Positions 20,648 through 31,366 of a stretch of DNA of 64,000 nucleotides are shown piece after piece. Made by a program: the position numbers and the translations under genes. Under the pieces are notes generated by a model, which searched no databases, was not told the DNA's origin, and saw only the letters and a list, made by a program, of their open reading frames with translations. The first letter of the stretch is position 1, and every line of letters starts with the position of its first letter. Source of the DNA: an uncultured Chloroflexia bacterium (GTDB lineage Bacteria > Chloroflexota > Limnocylindria > Limnocylindrales > CSP1-4); NCBI GenBank assembly GCA_963713975.1, contig OY970218.1:480001-544000 (forward strand). Direction: 5' to 3'.

Positions 20648-22086
20648 CGCTCGTCCTCCGGGATCCCCAGGGCGGAGATGACCGCGCGCAGCTTGATGCG
20701 CGATTCCTCCCACTCGAGATCCGGGTCCGAGTCCGCCATGATCCCGCAGCCCGCGAACAGCGTGGCGCGGGTCCGGTCCACGATCCCGCAGCGCAGCGCG
20801 ACCCACAGCTCGCCGTCGCCATCGGCTCCCAGCCAGCCCACGGGGCCCGCATACCAGCCGCGGTCGAAGCCTTCGTGCTCGTCGAGCAGGGCGAGCGCCA
20901 GGTCCCTCGGCTCGCCCCCGACGGCGGGCGTGGGGTGCAGGCGCTCCCCCAGGACGAGCAGGCCATGGGCGTCCGGGACGGTCCCCGAGATCTCGGTCAC
21001 CAGGTGCTGGACGAACCGCAGGGTCATCACGCCGGGTTCCGGGGCCACGGTCAGGCTGTCGGCCACGGGCCCGAGCAGGTCGCGGATCGAGGCGACCACG
21101 ACGGCGTGCTCCTCCCGGTCCTTCTCCGATGCCAGCAGGGCCCGGCCGAGCCGCTCGTCCTCGGCGGGGTCGGCGCCGCGGCGGATGGTCCCGGCGACCG
21201 CGACCGTGCGGAACGTGCGTCCCTGCGTGCTGACCAGGCGCTCCGGCGTCGCGCCGAGGAAGGTGCGCCCGTCGCGCCGGAACGCGTAGATGGTGCTCTC
21301 CGGGGCGCTGGCGGCCAGCCGGCGCAGGGCGTTGACCACGTCGAGCTCCACCGGCGAGCGGAGGCCGACGCGACGGGCGAGGACGACCTTGTCCAGGCGG
21401 CCCCGGCCGACGGCACCGGCGAACATCCCGACGAGGCGCCGCCAATGGTCGTGCGACGGCTGCTCGTCGACGACCGCGAGGGGTGCGAAGACGGGCATCG
21501 CGACGATGCCGTTCCTGTTCGGGGTGAGGGCCGTCGCGCGACCGGCGAGCTGGTCCCAGGTTCGCTCCAGGCGCCGCGGGTCCAGCTCGGGCGAGACGCC
21601 GGCGCCCGTGAGCGTCGCCGTGTCCCCGGTCACGCTCAGCGTCAGCTCGGGAAGGACGAGGGAGCTGGCCCCGAACGGGCCCCAGGGATCGTCCGCGTCG
21701 GGCCGCCGGCCCGTGAAGCCCATGGCTCCCAGCAGGATCGGACCGGCTCCGGCTGGCAGCGAGGCCGAGCGATCCATCTGTCCCGCGGCGATGAGCTCCC
21801 GCCAGGCTGCCTCCGCGGCGCGGAAGCGATCGGCGCCTTCGGGCTCGACCGCCCAGGCACGTCCGATCCCGACGAACGCCATGCCGTCGGACGGGCGCAT
21901 CCAGAGCGCGGCCTCGAGGCGCGCCTCCACGGCGGCCGCGTAGAGCGAGATCGGGTCGATGGCCGGCACCGGCAGCGTGGAGGCGACGAGGAGGCCGTCG
22001 GCCGAGCCATCGTCCAGGTGCCGCAGGCGCTCAGCGAGGCCGGCGTCGGACGCGTGCGAGGCGGGCACGGGCCTGACCGCCGTCAC
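20644..22086 (-). CDS. menF: isochorismate synthase
   Basis: KVVLAR, GATPERL, EKDREEH, LHPTPAVGG, FAGCGI, ESRIK. Confidence 0.93.
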   Translation of the reverse strand: MTAVRPVPASHASDAGLAERLRHLDDGSADGLLVASTLPVPAIDPISLYAAAVEARLEAALWMRPSDGMAFVGIGRAWAVEPEGADRFRAAEAAWRELIAAGQMDRSASLPAGAGPILLGAMGFTGRRPDADDPWGPFGASSLVLPELTLSVTGDTATLTGAGVSPELDPRRLERTWDQLAGRATALTPNRNGIVAMPVFAPLAVVDEQPSHDHWRRLVGMFAGAVGRGRLDKVVLARRVGLRSPVELDVVNALRRLAASAPESTIYAFRRDGRTFLGATPERLVSTQGRTFRTVAVAGTIRRGADPAEDERLGRALLASEKDREEHAVVVASIRDLLGPVADSLTVAPEPGVMTLRFVQHLVTEISGTVPDAHGLLVLGERLHPTPAVGGEPRDLALALLDEHEGFDRGWYAGPVGWLGADGDGELWVALRCGIVDRTRATLFAGCGIMADSDPDLEWEESRIKLRAVISALGIPEDER

Positions 22087-22745
22087 CGGGTGGCCTCCGG
22101 GAACACCCACTCGGGACCCGGCACCGGCACCTCGCCGATTCGCTCGGCGGGGACACCCGCGCTCCGCAGCAGGGCCGCCCGCAGGGCGGGGTACGCGTCC
22201 TCCAGTCCGGCCGCCTGGTCGGCGAGCAGCCACCGAGCGACCACCTCGTTGATGGCCCCGAACCAGGCGATGCTCGTAACCCTGGTGTCCATCGGGGGTG
22301 CGGCTCCTGCGGCCACGGCCTCGTCCAGGTAGCCCTGGATCAGCGTGGCGAAGCGTGCGTGGAGCGCGTTGGTCTCGGCCTGGAACACGCGGCCGGCGCC
22401 CATCGTGTCCAGGAATAGCAGGCGGGCCATGGTCCGGTGCCCGGCGAACGTGGCGAGGACGGCGTGGATCGCGGCCTCGGCCCTGGCCACGGGCTCGGTC
22501 TCGAGCGCGACGGCCTTCTCCACGCGACCGACCAGCTTGTCCGCGGTCGTCTGCATCAGCTCGCGGAAGATCGCTTCCTTGGTGGGGAAGTGGAAGTAGA
22601 TGCCGCCCTTGGAGGTCTCCGACGCACCCGCGATGTCGTCGACGGCCGTGTCCCGGTACCCACGCGTGGCAAAGGCCGTGAACGCGGCGTCCAGGATCCG
22701 CTCCCGGCGGGTGCGGCTCTGCTCGGAGGGGTCGGGGCGGGCCAT
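22083..22745 (-). CDS. TetR/AcrR-family regulator, first gene of the men operon
   Basis: RERILDAA...DDIA...SKGGIYFHFPTKEAIF; GTGA overlap with menF. Confidence 0.93.
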   Translation of the reverse strand: MARPDPSEQSRTRRERILDAAFTAFATRGYRDTAVDDIAGASETSKGGIYFHFPTKEAIFRELMQTTADKLVGRVEKAVALETEPVARAEAAIHAVLATFAGHRTMARLLFLDTMGAGRVFQAETNALHARFATLIQGYLDEAVAAGAAPPMDTRVTSIAWFGAINEVVARWLLADQAAGLEDAYPALRAALLRSAGVPAERIGEVPVPGPEWVFPEATR

Positions 22746-22774
22746 CGCTGCGTCCTCTGGCGGGCATCGGGACA

Positions 22775-22796
22775 ACCGACCGACCAGTCGGTCGGT
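22775..22796. promoter_or_regulatory. perfect inverted repeat, putative TetR operator
   Basis: ACCGACCGAC-CA-GTCGGTCGGT, just downstream of a minus-strand TAGCAT -10 (22804-22809). Confidence 0.8.
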
Positions 22797-23005
22797 CACG
22801 CGCATGCTACACCGGACACCGCGACAACGTGCGCGCCACGTGTATCGAGTTTCTGCCGTCGCGCCGGTCTTTCGCAGGCGGCCGTCTCCAAGGTCGAGCG
22901 TGGGCCAGCCCGTCTCGTTCGCAGGGACCCTCGCATGTCAGCGCGGAGGCCGCGAACAGTCACGCACTATGTGGCGGCAGCCGGCACGGCGCCGACCTCG
23001 CGTGC

Positions 23006-23653
23006 CTAGACCCCCAGGTCCTCCAGCCGATCGTCGAGCCCGATGAGGATCAGCTCGTCACCGGCCCTGATCGCGTCGTCGCGATGCGGGTTCACCGTCA
23101 CGTCATCGCCACGGCGCAGCGCGATTGGCGTCAGGCGCAGCCGGTTCGCGAGGTCGAGCTCCCGGAACGTCTTGCCGACGAACGACTCCGGCGGTCGCAC
23201 CTTGACGATCCCGAACCGCGGCGCGACGTCGAGGTAGTCGACGACGTTGGGCACGCTGAACGAGTGGGCGACCCGGCGCCCCATCTCCCGCTCAGGGAAG
23301 ACCACCCGATCCGCGCCAACCCGTTCCAGGATCGTCCCGTGGAGCGGGCTGCCCGCCTTCGCGATCACGTTGCGGACGCCCAGCTTCTTGAGCGCCATCG
23401 TGGCGAAGATGCTGGCCTCGATCCCGCTGGAGATCGCGACGATGGCGTGGTCGAACTCGGCCGCACCCACGGCCCGGAGCGCCTGCTCATCGGCCGCGTC
23501 CAACTGCATTGCGTGCGTCACGTCCGGCGCGATGTCGTTGACGATCGCCTCATTGGAGTCGATGGCCAGCACCTCGTGCCCCAGGCTCATGAGGCCTCGC
23601 GCCGCCGCGGAGCCGAACCTCCCGAGGCCAAGGACCAGCACTGCGTGCTTCAT
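23006..23653 (-). CDS. ktrA: TrkA/KtrA potassium uptake RCK subunit
   Basis: GLGRFG, VVFPEREMG, C-terminal RCK_C. Confidence 0.9.
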   Translation of the reverse strand: MKHAVLVLGLGRFGSAAARGLMSLGHEVLAIDSNEAIVNDIAPDVTHAMQLDAADEQALRAVGAAEFDHAIVAISSGIEASIFATMALKKLGVRNVIAKAGSPLHGTILERVGADRVVFPEREMGRRVAHSFSVPNVVDYLDVAPRFGIVKVRPPESFVGKTFRELDLANRLRLTPIALRRGDDVTVNPHRDDAIRAGDELILIGLDDRLEDLGV

Positions 23654-23669
23654 GCATCTCCTTCCGGGA

Positions 23670-25094
23670 TCAGCCGATACGAATAGTCTCGATGGCCGGC
23701 CGGTACCGGACCGGCCGCCGGCGCGCCGAGAGGGCGATGACGAGGGTGAGTGGCCCCAGCCGGCCGATGAACATCGCGGGCACGAGCCACAGGCGAGCGC
23801 CGTCGGGCAGGGTGGGGGTGATGCCGGTCGAGGCACCGACGGTTCCGACCGCCGACACGGACTCGAACAGGACACTCACAAAGGACCGCGCCGCCAGGAG
23901 CTCGAGTCCGAGAGCGAACACGAAGACCGCGCCCGCCGACAGCAGGACGACGGAGAGGGCCCGATAGACGAGCAGATGCGGCACCCGACGCCCGAGGGCC
24001 TCGGCGGAAGGCCTCCCCCGCGCCGTCGAGATGATCGTGAACACCAGGATGGAGAAGGTGTTCACCTTGATGCCTCCGGCCGTTGAGCCCGAGGCACCGC
24101 CGATGAACATCAGCCCCATGACGACGAACAGCGTGGCGACAGCCAGCTCGCCCGTCGGCAGCGCGCTGAAGCCAGCGGTCCGCAGGGTCGCAGACTCGAA
24201 CAGCGCGTTGAGCAGGCGCTGCGCCTCTGGCATTCGCCCCAGCGTGGCGGGGTTGTTCCACTCGAAGACGGCGATCGCCGTGGCGCCGCCAAGCAGGAGA
24301 GCCGCGGTCGCGAGCAGGACCAGCTTCGTCTCCAGGGCAAACCGCCGCCACCGGCGCTTGCCCAGGGCGTCGCCGATGATCGCGTAGCCGAGGCCCCCGG
24401 CAACGATCAGCAGGCCGATCGGGACCAGGATGGACGGGTCGTCGGCGTACGGGGCCAGGCTCCGGAAGCCGCCGGTGAGGTCGAAGCCGGCATTGTTGAA
24501 CGCGGAGATGGCCAGGAACAGGCCGTTCCATGCGGCCTTCCCGGCATCGCCAAAGCGGGCCAGGAAGGCGAGCGACAAGACGATGGCGCCGAGCCCTTCG
24601 GCGATCATCGTGAACACTGCGACCCGCCGGATGACGGTGGTCACGGACCCAAGGTCGGCGACGCCCGTGGACTCCTGGGCGAGGATCCGATCCCGCAGTC
24701 CCGTCCGACGCCCGGCGAGCAGGAGCAACAGCAGCGTGGACCCGGTCATGAACCCGAACCCGCCGACTTGGATGAGCAGCAGGATCACCACCTGCCCGGC
24801 CGGACTCCAGTAGGTGCCCGTATCGACGACGACGAGGCCAGTGACACAGACGGCGGACGTCGCGATGAACAGCGCATCGAGCGGCCTGGTCCAGGTGCCA
24901 TCGGCGGCCGCGAACGGCAGGGTGAGCAGCACGGAGCCAACCGCGATGACGACTGCGAACCCGGCGATCAGGACGACCGCCGGCGACGGCGGCGGTCGGC
25001 GCATGCGTCGCTCGCGACCGACGTGGAACTCCTGGGGCTTGACCCGCTCGACGCGCACGCGCTTGTCACCCGCCCGCTGCCCCTGGAGCTTCAC
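23670..25094 (-). CDS. ktrB: TrkH/KtrB potassium transporter
   Basis: SAVCVTGL, SAFNNAGF, RTAGF, GSTAGGIK, MFIGRLG. Confidence 0.93.
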   Translation of the reverse strand: MKLQGQRAGDKRVRVERVKPQEFHVGRERRMRRPPPSPAVVLIAGFAVVIAVGSVLLTLPFAAADGTWTRPLDALFIATSAVCVTGLVVVDTGTYWSPAGQVVILLLIQVGGFGFMTGSTLLLLLLAGRRTGLRDRILAQESTGVADLGSVTTVIRRVAVFTMIAEGLGAIVLSLAFLARFGDAGKAAWNGLFLAISAFNNAGFDLTGGFRSLAPYADDPSILVPIGLLIVAGGLGYAIIGDALGKRRWRRFALETKLVLLATAALLLGGATAIAVFEWNNPATLGRMPEAQRLLNALFESATLRTAGFSALPTGELAVATLFVVMGLMFIGGASGSTAGGIKVNTFSILVFTIISTARGRPSAEALGRRVPHLLVYRALSVVLLSAGAVFVFALGLELLAARSFVSVLFESVSAVGTVGASTGITPTLPDGARLWLVPAMFIGRLGPLTLVIALSARRRPVRYRPAIETIRIG

Positions 25095-25291
25095 CGGGGG
25101 ACGCCGTGGTCGGACGCAGTGTCGTGGCGGTTGCGACGCGGGACGCTGGGCACGCAGGTCACGACGCGGCGTCTAGTGGCGTGGCGAGGTGCGAGGCCTG
25201 GGGTAGCGGCACCGGATGGTGGTGGCGTCCGCGGCAGGGCGGCGCGGGCGACCTGCGGTCCCCCGCCCCTCGATCATCCTGCCTGGCGCAA

Positions 25292-25534
25292 CTAGTGGGC
25301 CCGCTGGTAGGCGACGGCGACGCCGCCGACCATCCGCTCCACGCCCCGCAGGCACTCGAGCTGGGACTCGTCCAGGGCGGCCGGCGCGAGACCGGCCCTC
25401 GTGGCCGGATCGGCCAGCGGGGCGCCTGCCACGTAGACAAGGACCACGTCCGCGCCGATCGTCTGCTCCGTCTCCTGGACCAGGGCGAGCGCCCGCTCAT
25501 CCAGTGGCGCCCAGTTCCAACCGCTGTCGTTCAT
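25292..25534 (-). CDS. small hypothetical protein with internal duplication
   Basis: 80 aa; SD AGGAG; two repeats LDE..L..(V/L)..(T/V)E..(I/V)G.....VY/AY. Confidence 0.6.
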   Translation of the reverse strand: MNDSGWNWAPLDERALALVQETEQTIGADVVLVYVAGAPLADPATRAGLAPAALDESQLECLRGVERMVGGVAVAYQRAH

Positions 25535-25695
25535 CGTCGGCTCCTGCAGCGTGTAGGTCCCGAGTATCCGCGCTCGCGCAAGCCACGTCACGGCCGCCAC
25601 GTCACGTCGCGCAGCAGTGCCCCGGGTCCAGGGCGTGAAGATCGCCCGCCTGGAGGCCCGGCGGGCGATCTGGATCGCGCGGTTCGGTGGAGGAG

Positions 25696-27627
<1,932 letters not shown>

Positions 27628-27681
27628 TCGGGTGTCTCCTGGAAGCTCTGGTTCAGGTGAGGTTGGTGTCGGATGTGGTTG

Positions 27682-28317
27682 TCAGTGCACGGGCCCGGAG
27701 GGGTCGACGCCATCGGCGTCCATGGCCGTGGGCGGGGTCTCGTCGGCTGCCGCCACCGCGACCAGCGCGGGCCGGATGACCCGGTCGCGGAGCCGGTAGC
27801 CGCGGCGGACCTCCCCGACGATCTCGCCCTCGGGCCGCCCGGTCCCGGGGATGCTCACGACGGCCTCGTGGTCGCGGGGATCGAACGGGGTGCCGGGCGC
27901 CGCCTCGAGCTGCGTGACGCCCTCGCTCTCGAGCAGGAGACGCAGCTTGCGGTCGATCGCCCCGATCCCCTCGGCCCAGGCGTTGCCGTTCATATCGGCG
28001 GGGCGCGTCTCGATCGCCCGGTCGAAGTCGTCCGCGAGATTGAGGACCTTGGCGATGAGGTCCACGCCCGCGAGCCCCAGGTCGCGCTGGCGCTCCTCCG
28101 CGGTGCGGCGCTTGAAGTTGGTGAACTCCGCGCGCTCACGCTGGAGCAGGCCGACGTACTCGTCCACCTTGGCGATGGCCTCGTCACGCTCGGCGGTCAC
28201 GGCCTCGAGCTGCTGGCTCAGGGCTGCCGGCGAGACATCGAGCTCGTCGATGCGCTCCTGGGCACGGGTCTTGCTCTTCATGGATCTCCGGGTGCCGGTG
28301 GTGGGGTCGTCAGGCAT
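27682..28317 (-). CDS. grpE: nucleotide exchange factor GrpE
   Basis: AEFTNFKRR, FDPRDHEA, GYRLRDRVIRPALV; alternative start 28281. Confidence 0.95.
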   Translation of the reverse strand: MPDDPTTGTRRSMKSKTRAQERIDELDVSPAALSQQLEAVTAERDEAIAKVDEYVGLLQRERAEFTNFKRRTAEERQRDLGLAGVDLIAKVLNLADDFDRAIETRPADMNGNAWAEGIGAIDRKLRLLLESEGVTQLEAAPGTPFDPRDHEAVVSIPGTGRPEGEIVGEVRRGYRLRDRVIRPALVAVAAADETPPTAMDADGVDPSGPVH

Positions 28318-29374
28318 AGAGGTGGTCGGTGAGCTCGTTGAGCAGGCCGGACACGAAGCGCACGGTGCCGATTGCCTGCGGGTACGCCATCCGGGTCGGT
28401 CCCAGCACGCCGACGACGCCGATGGCGTGACCGGGTCGTCCGTACGGGGCCAGCACCAGGGACACGTCGGCCATCTCCTCGGCCGGGTTCTCGCTGCCGA
28501 TGAAGACGCAGACCCGGCCGGACCTGGCGACACCATCGATCAGCTGGGCGAGGTAGGCGCGGTTCTCGAGCGCGGCGAAGACGCGGCGGAGCTTCTCGCT
28601 CTGCGCGAACTCGGGCGCTGCCATGACGTTGAGCAGGCCGTCGCTGAACAGCTCCTCGATGGCGGCGCTGTCGAACTCCTCCAGCGCACGCACCACGCGC
28701 TCGCCGACCCGGCGGGGAAGGTCGGCCGCCGGGTCCGCGGCATCGAGGGCGGCGAGGACCCCCGCCGCCTCGGTGGCGGTGAGGCCGTCGAGCAGGACGT
28801 TGAGGAGGTTCGCCACGGCGGACAGCTGGTCCTGATCGGTCGGTCCATCGAGGGTGATCAGCACCTGCTTCAGGGCGCCCTCGCGCAAGACCAGGATCAG
28901 GCTTGCGAGGCGGTCGCTGATGCTGACGAGGTCGAGCCGTCGCAGGTGGGCAGCGCTTGGCTTGGCCGGGGTCGCCAGGCCGGCGGCACGGGTCACGGAT
29001 GCCAGGGTAGTGGCGGCCAGACGGAACCAGTGCTCGCTCGCGTACTCCACCTGCCCGAACTGGTGGCGGATCATCAGCTGCTCCACCGGCGGCAGCGGCA
29101 CCGACTCCACGATGGACTCCACGAAGTAGCGGTAGCCCTGCTCGGTGGGGACGCGGCCGGCAGACGTGTGGGGGTGCATCAGCAGGCCGGCCGCCTCGAG
29201 CTCGGCGAGCACAGCGCGGACGGTGGCGCTGGAGACGCCCAGGCGGTAGCGCTCCACGAGGGCGTGGCTGCCTACGGGCGTTGCGCTGGTGACGTATTCC
29301 TCGATGACGGCCCGGAGGATCGCCTGGGAGCGAAGGTCAAGGGGGCCGCTGGAGCGACGCACGCGACGCGCCAT
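28310..29374 (-). CDS. hrcA: heat-inducible repressor HrcA
   Basis: PVGS, SSATVR, PHTSAGRVPT, GPTRMAY; SD AGGAG before ATG 29374. Confidence 0.97.
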   Translation of the reverse strand: MARRVRRSSGPLDLRSQAILRAVIEEYVTSATPVGSHALVERYRLGVSSATVRAVLAELEAAGLLMHPHTSAGRVPTEQGYRYFVESIVESVPLPPVEQLMIRHQFGQVEYASEHWFRLAATTLASVTRAAGLATPAKPSAAHLRRLDLVSISDRLASLILVLREGALKQVLITLDGPTDQDQLSAVANLLNVLLDGLTATEAAGVLAALDAADPAADLPRRVGERVVRALEEFDSAAIEELFSDGLLNVMAAPEFAQSEKLRRVFAALENRAYLAQLIDGVARSGRVCVFIGSENPAEEMADVSLVLAPYGRPGHAIGVVGVLGPTRMAYPQAIGTVRFVSGLLNELTDHLYA

Positions 29375-29392
29375 GGGGCTCTCCTGCATTGG

Positions 29393-29419
29393 TTAGCACT
29401 CGAACCATGAGAGTGCTAA
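29393..29419. promoter_or_regulatory. CIRCE element (HrcA operator)
   Basis: Exact TTAGCACTC-N9-GAGTGCTAA. Confidence 0.97.
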
Positions 29420-29432
29420 CTGCGTTGCTGGC

Positions 29433-29462
29433 AGTCTAGCAATCGCCCCTCGTGAGTGTCAA
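29433..29462 (-). promoter_or_regulatory. sigma70 promoter overlapped by a second, degenerate CIRCE
   Basis: Minus strand TTGACA-18nt-TAGACT; CTAGCAATC-N9-GAGTGTCAA at 29436-29462. Confidence 0.8.
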
Positions 29463-29504
29463 CGCGGCGGCGACGGCCGTGCCGTCCGATGCGCCATCGC
29501 CTCC

Positions 29505-31244
29505 TCAGGTACGGCCCAGCAGCGCCCCGAACCGCGCCCGGGCGTCCGCTGCCGACGGGTCGCCCAGGGCCGCGGCGGCCAGGGCCTGCAGTTCCGCCGC
29601 GTCGGCCGAGCGGAGCGCCCGCCGGACGGCCGGCAGGGACGCAGCCCCCATCGACAGCTGTCGGACCCCGAGGCCCACGAGTGCCAGGGCCGCGACCGGG
29701 TCGCCACCCATCTCCCCGCAGACGGAGAGCGAGATCCCGGCCCGTGCCGCGCTCTCGGCGGCCATCGCGATCAGGCGCAGCACGGCGGGGTGCATCGCGT
29801 CTCGATAGCGCTCCAGCGCCGGGTTGCCGCGGTCCACCGCCAGCGTGTACTGCGTCAGGTCGTTGGTCCCGAGGCTGGCGAAGGCGACCTCGCCGAACCA
29901 CGAGTCCGCGGACAGGATCGCCGACGGGATCTCGAGCATCACGCCGAGGTCCACCTCGGTGAACTGCACGCCGTCGGCACGAAGCCCGTCGCGCGCCAGG
30001 GCCGCCAGCTCCAGGAGCTGCGCCGCATCACCGGCGTCGGCGACCATCGGCGCCATCACCTTGACCGGGCCTGCGAGCGCGGCCCGATAGCAGGCACGCA
30101 GCTGGGTGACAAAGACCTCCGGCCGGTCCGTGGCCAGGCGCAGCGCCCGGACTCCAAGGAAGGGGTTGGCCTCCTCGGGCATGGGCAGGTACGGGATGGG
30201 CTTGTCACCACCGACGTCGAGCAGCCGGATGGTGACTGGGTCGCCCTCGAACGCCTCGACCGCCTGACGGTACGCAGCCGCCTGCTCATCCTCGCTGGGT
30301 GGCGTGGACCGCTCCAGGAACAGGAACTCGGTGCGGAACAGGCCGACGCCCCGCGCCCCCAGCGCACGGGCCGGCGCCGCCTCGCCCGGTGTGCCGATGT
30401 TGGCGAGCAGCGTCACCTCGACACCGTCCCGGGTCACGGCGGGCAGGTTCGCCTCGTCGAGGTCGGCCTCCCTCGACTTCGCCAACCGGGCCGCCCTCGC
30501 GTCCAGGTCGGCGACGGCCGCCGTGTCGGGTGCGATCAGCACCTCGCCCGTGCTCCCGTCGATCGCCAGCTCCGCGTCCCGGCCCGCGGCCTCGAGCGCC
30601 ACGAGGATCCCCTTCGCACCCACGACGGCGGGGATGCCGTATGCCCGGGCCAGGATCGCGGCATGGGCGGTCGGCGAACCCGCCTCGAGGACGATGCCCA
30701 GGATGTGGTCGCGCGGCAGGGTCGCGGTCAGCGAGGGAGAGAGGTCCTCCGCCACGACGATCGCGGGCGCGGGCAGCAGCTCACCCTCCGGGGGCAGGCC
30801 CGCCAGCAGCCGCGCGATCCGGTCCGCCACGTCGATCACGTCGGCGGCCCGCGCCGAGAGGATCTCGTCGTCGAGGGCGGCGAGCATCGCCGCGACGCCA
30901 GCCCCCGCCGCGACGATCGCGGCCACGCCATCCTCGTGCGCGTCGCGGATCCGCGCCGCCGCGGTGTCGACCAGGGCCGGATCCGCCGCCATCGCCGCGT
31001 GGGCCATGAAGATCGCGGCCTCGTCGTCGTGCCCGGCCGCCCCGACCTGGTCCGCGACCTCCATGAGGTCGTCCGAGGCCTGGTTGGCGGCCGCACGCAG
31101 CCGCGCCTCCTCGGCCGCCACCGCGCCATCCGCCACGTGGCCGCCGGTAGGCAGGGACTGGCGTCGCACGTGCGCCCACGGGCCCCGCGCAACCCCCGGT
31201 GCCGCCGCGACTCCCGCGAGTCGCCGACCCTCCGTTAACGCCAT
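29505..31244 (-). CDS. ptsI: PTS enzyme I (PEP-protein phosphotransferase)
   Basis: SPTAHAAILAR phospho-His, GLFRTEFLF, NPFLGVRA, GTNDLTQY, CGEMG. Confidence 0.93.
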   Translation of the reverse strand: MALTEGRRLAGVAAAPGVARGPWAHVRRQSLPTGGHVADGAVAAEEARLRAAANQASDDLMEVADQVGAAGHDDEAAIFMAHAAMAADPALVDTAAARIRDAHEDGVAAIVAAGAGVAAMLAALDDEILSARAADVIDVADRIARLLAGLPPEGELLPAPAIVVAEDLSPSLTATLPRDHILGIVLEAGSPTAHAAILARAYGIPAVVGAKGILVALEAAGRDAELAIDGSTGEVLIAPDTAAVADLDARAARLAKSREADLDEANLPAVTRDGVEVTLLANIGTPGEAAPARALGARGVGLFRTEFLFLERSTPPSEDEQAAAYRQAVEAFEGDPVTIRLLDVGGDKPIPYLPMPEEANPFLGVRALRLATDRPEVFVTQLRACYRAALAGPVKVMAPMVADAGDAAQLLELAALARDGLRADGVQFTEVDLGVMLEIPSAILSADSWFGEVAFASLGTNDLTQYTLAVDRGNPALERYRDAMHPAVLRLIAMAAESAARAGISLSVCGEMGGDPVAALALVGLGVRQLSMGAASLPAVRRALRSADAAELQALAAAALGDPSAADARARFGALLGRT

Positions 31245-31366
31245 CCTGCCGAACCTCCGCTCACCGGCCGCCGGGGCGCCGCGGTCACGACCATTGTTGT
31301 TGATCGCGACCCGGGCCGCTCGCCGGGCCGCTCACGGGACCTGCGCCGGACCACGCACAGGCCCGC

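Noticed and set aside
25095-25291. c-di-AMP (ydaO) riboswitch upstream of ktrB
   Set aside because: Conserved ydaO sequence blocks not recognisable by eye; an Rfam scan would settle it
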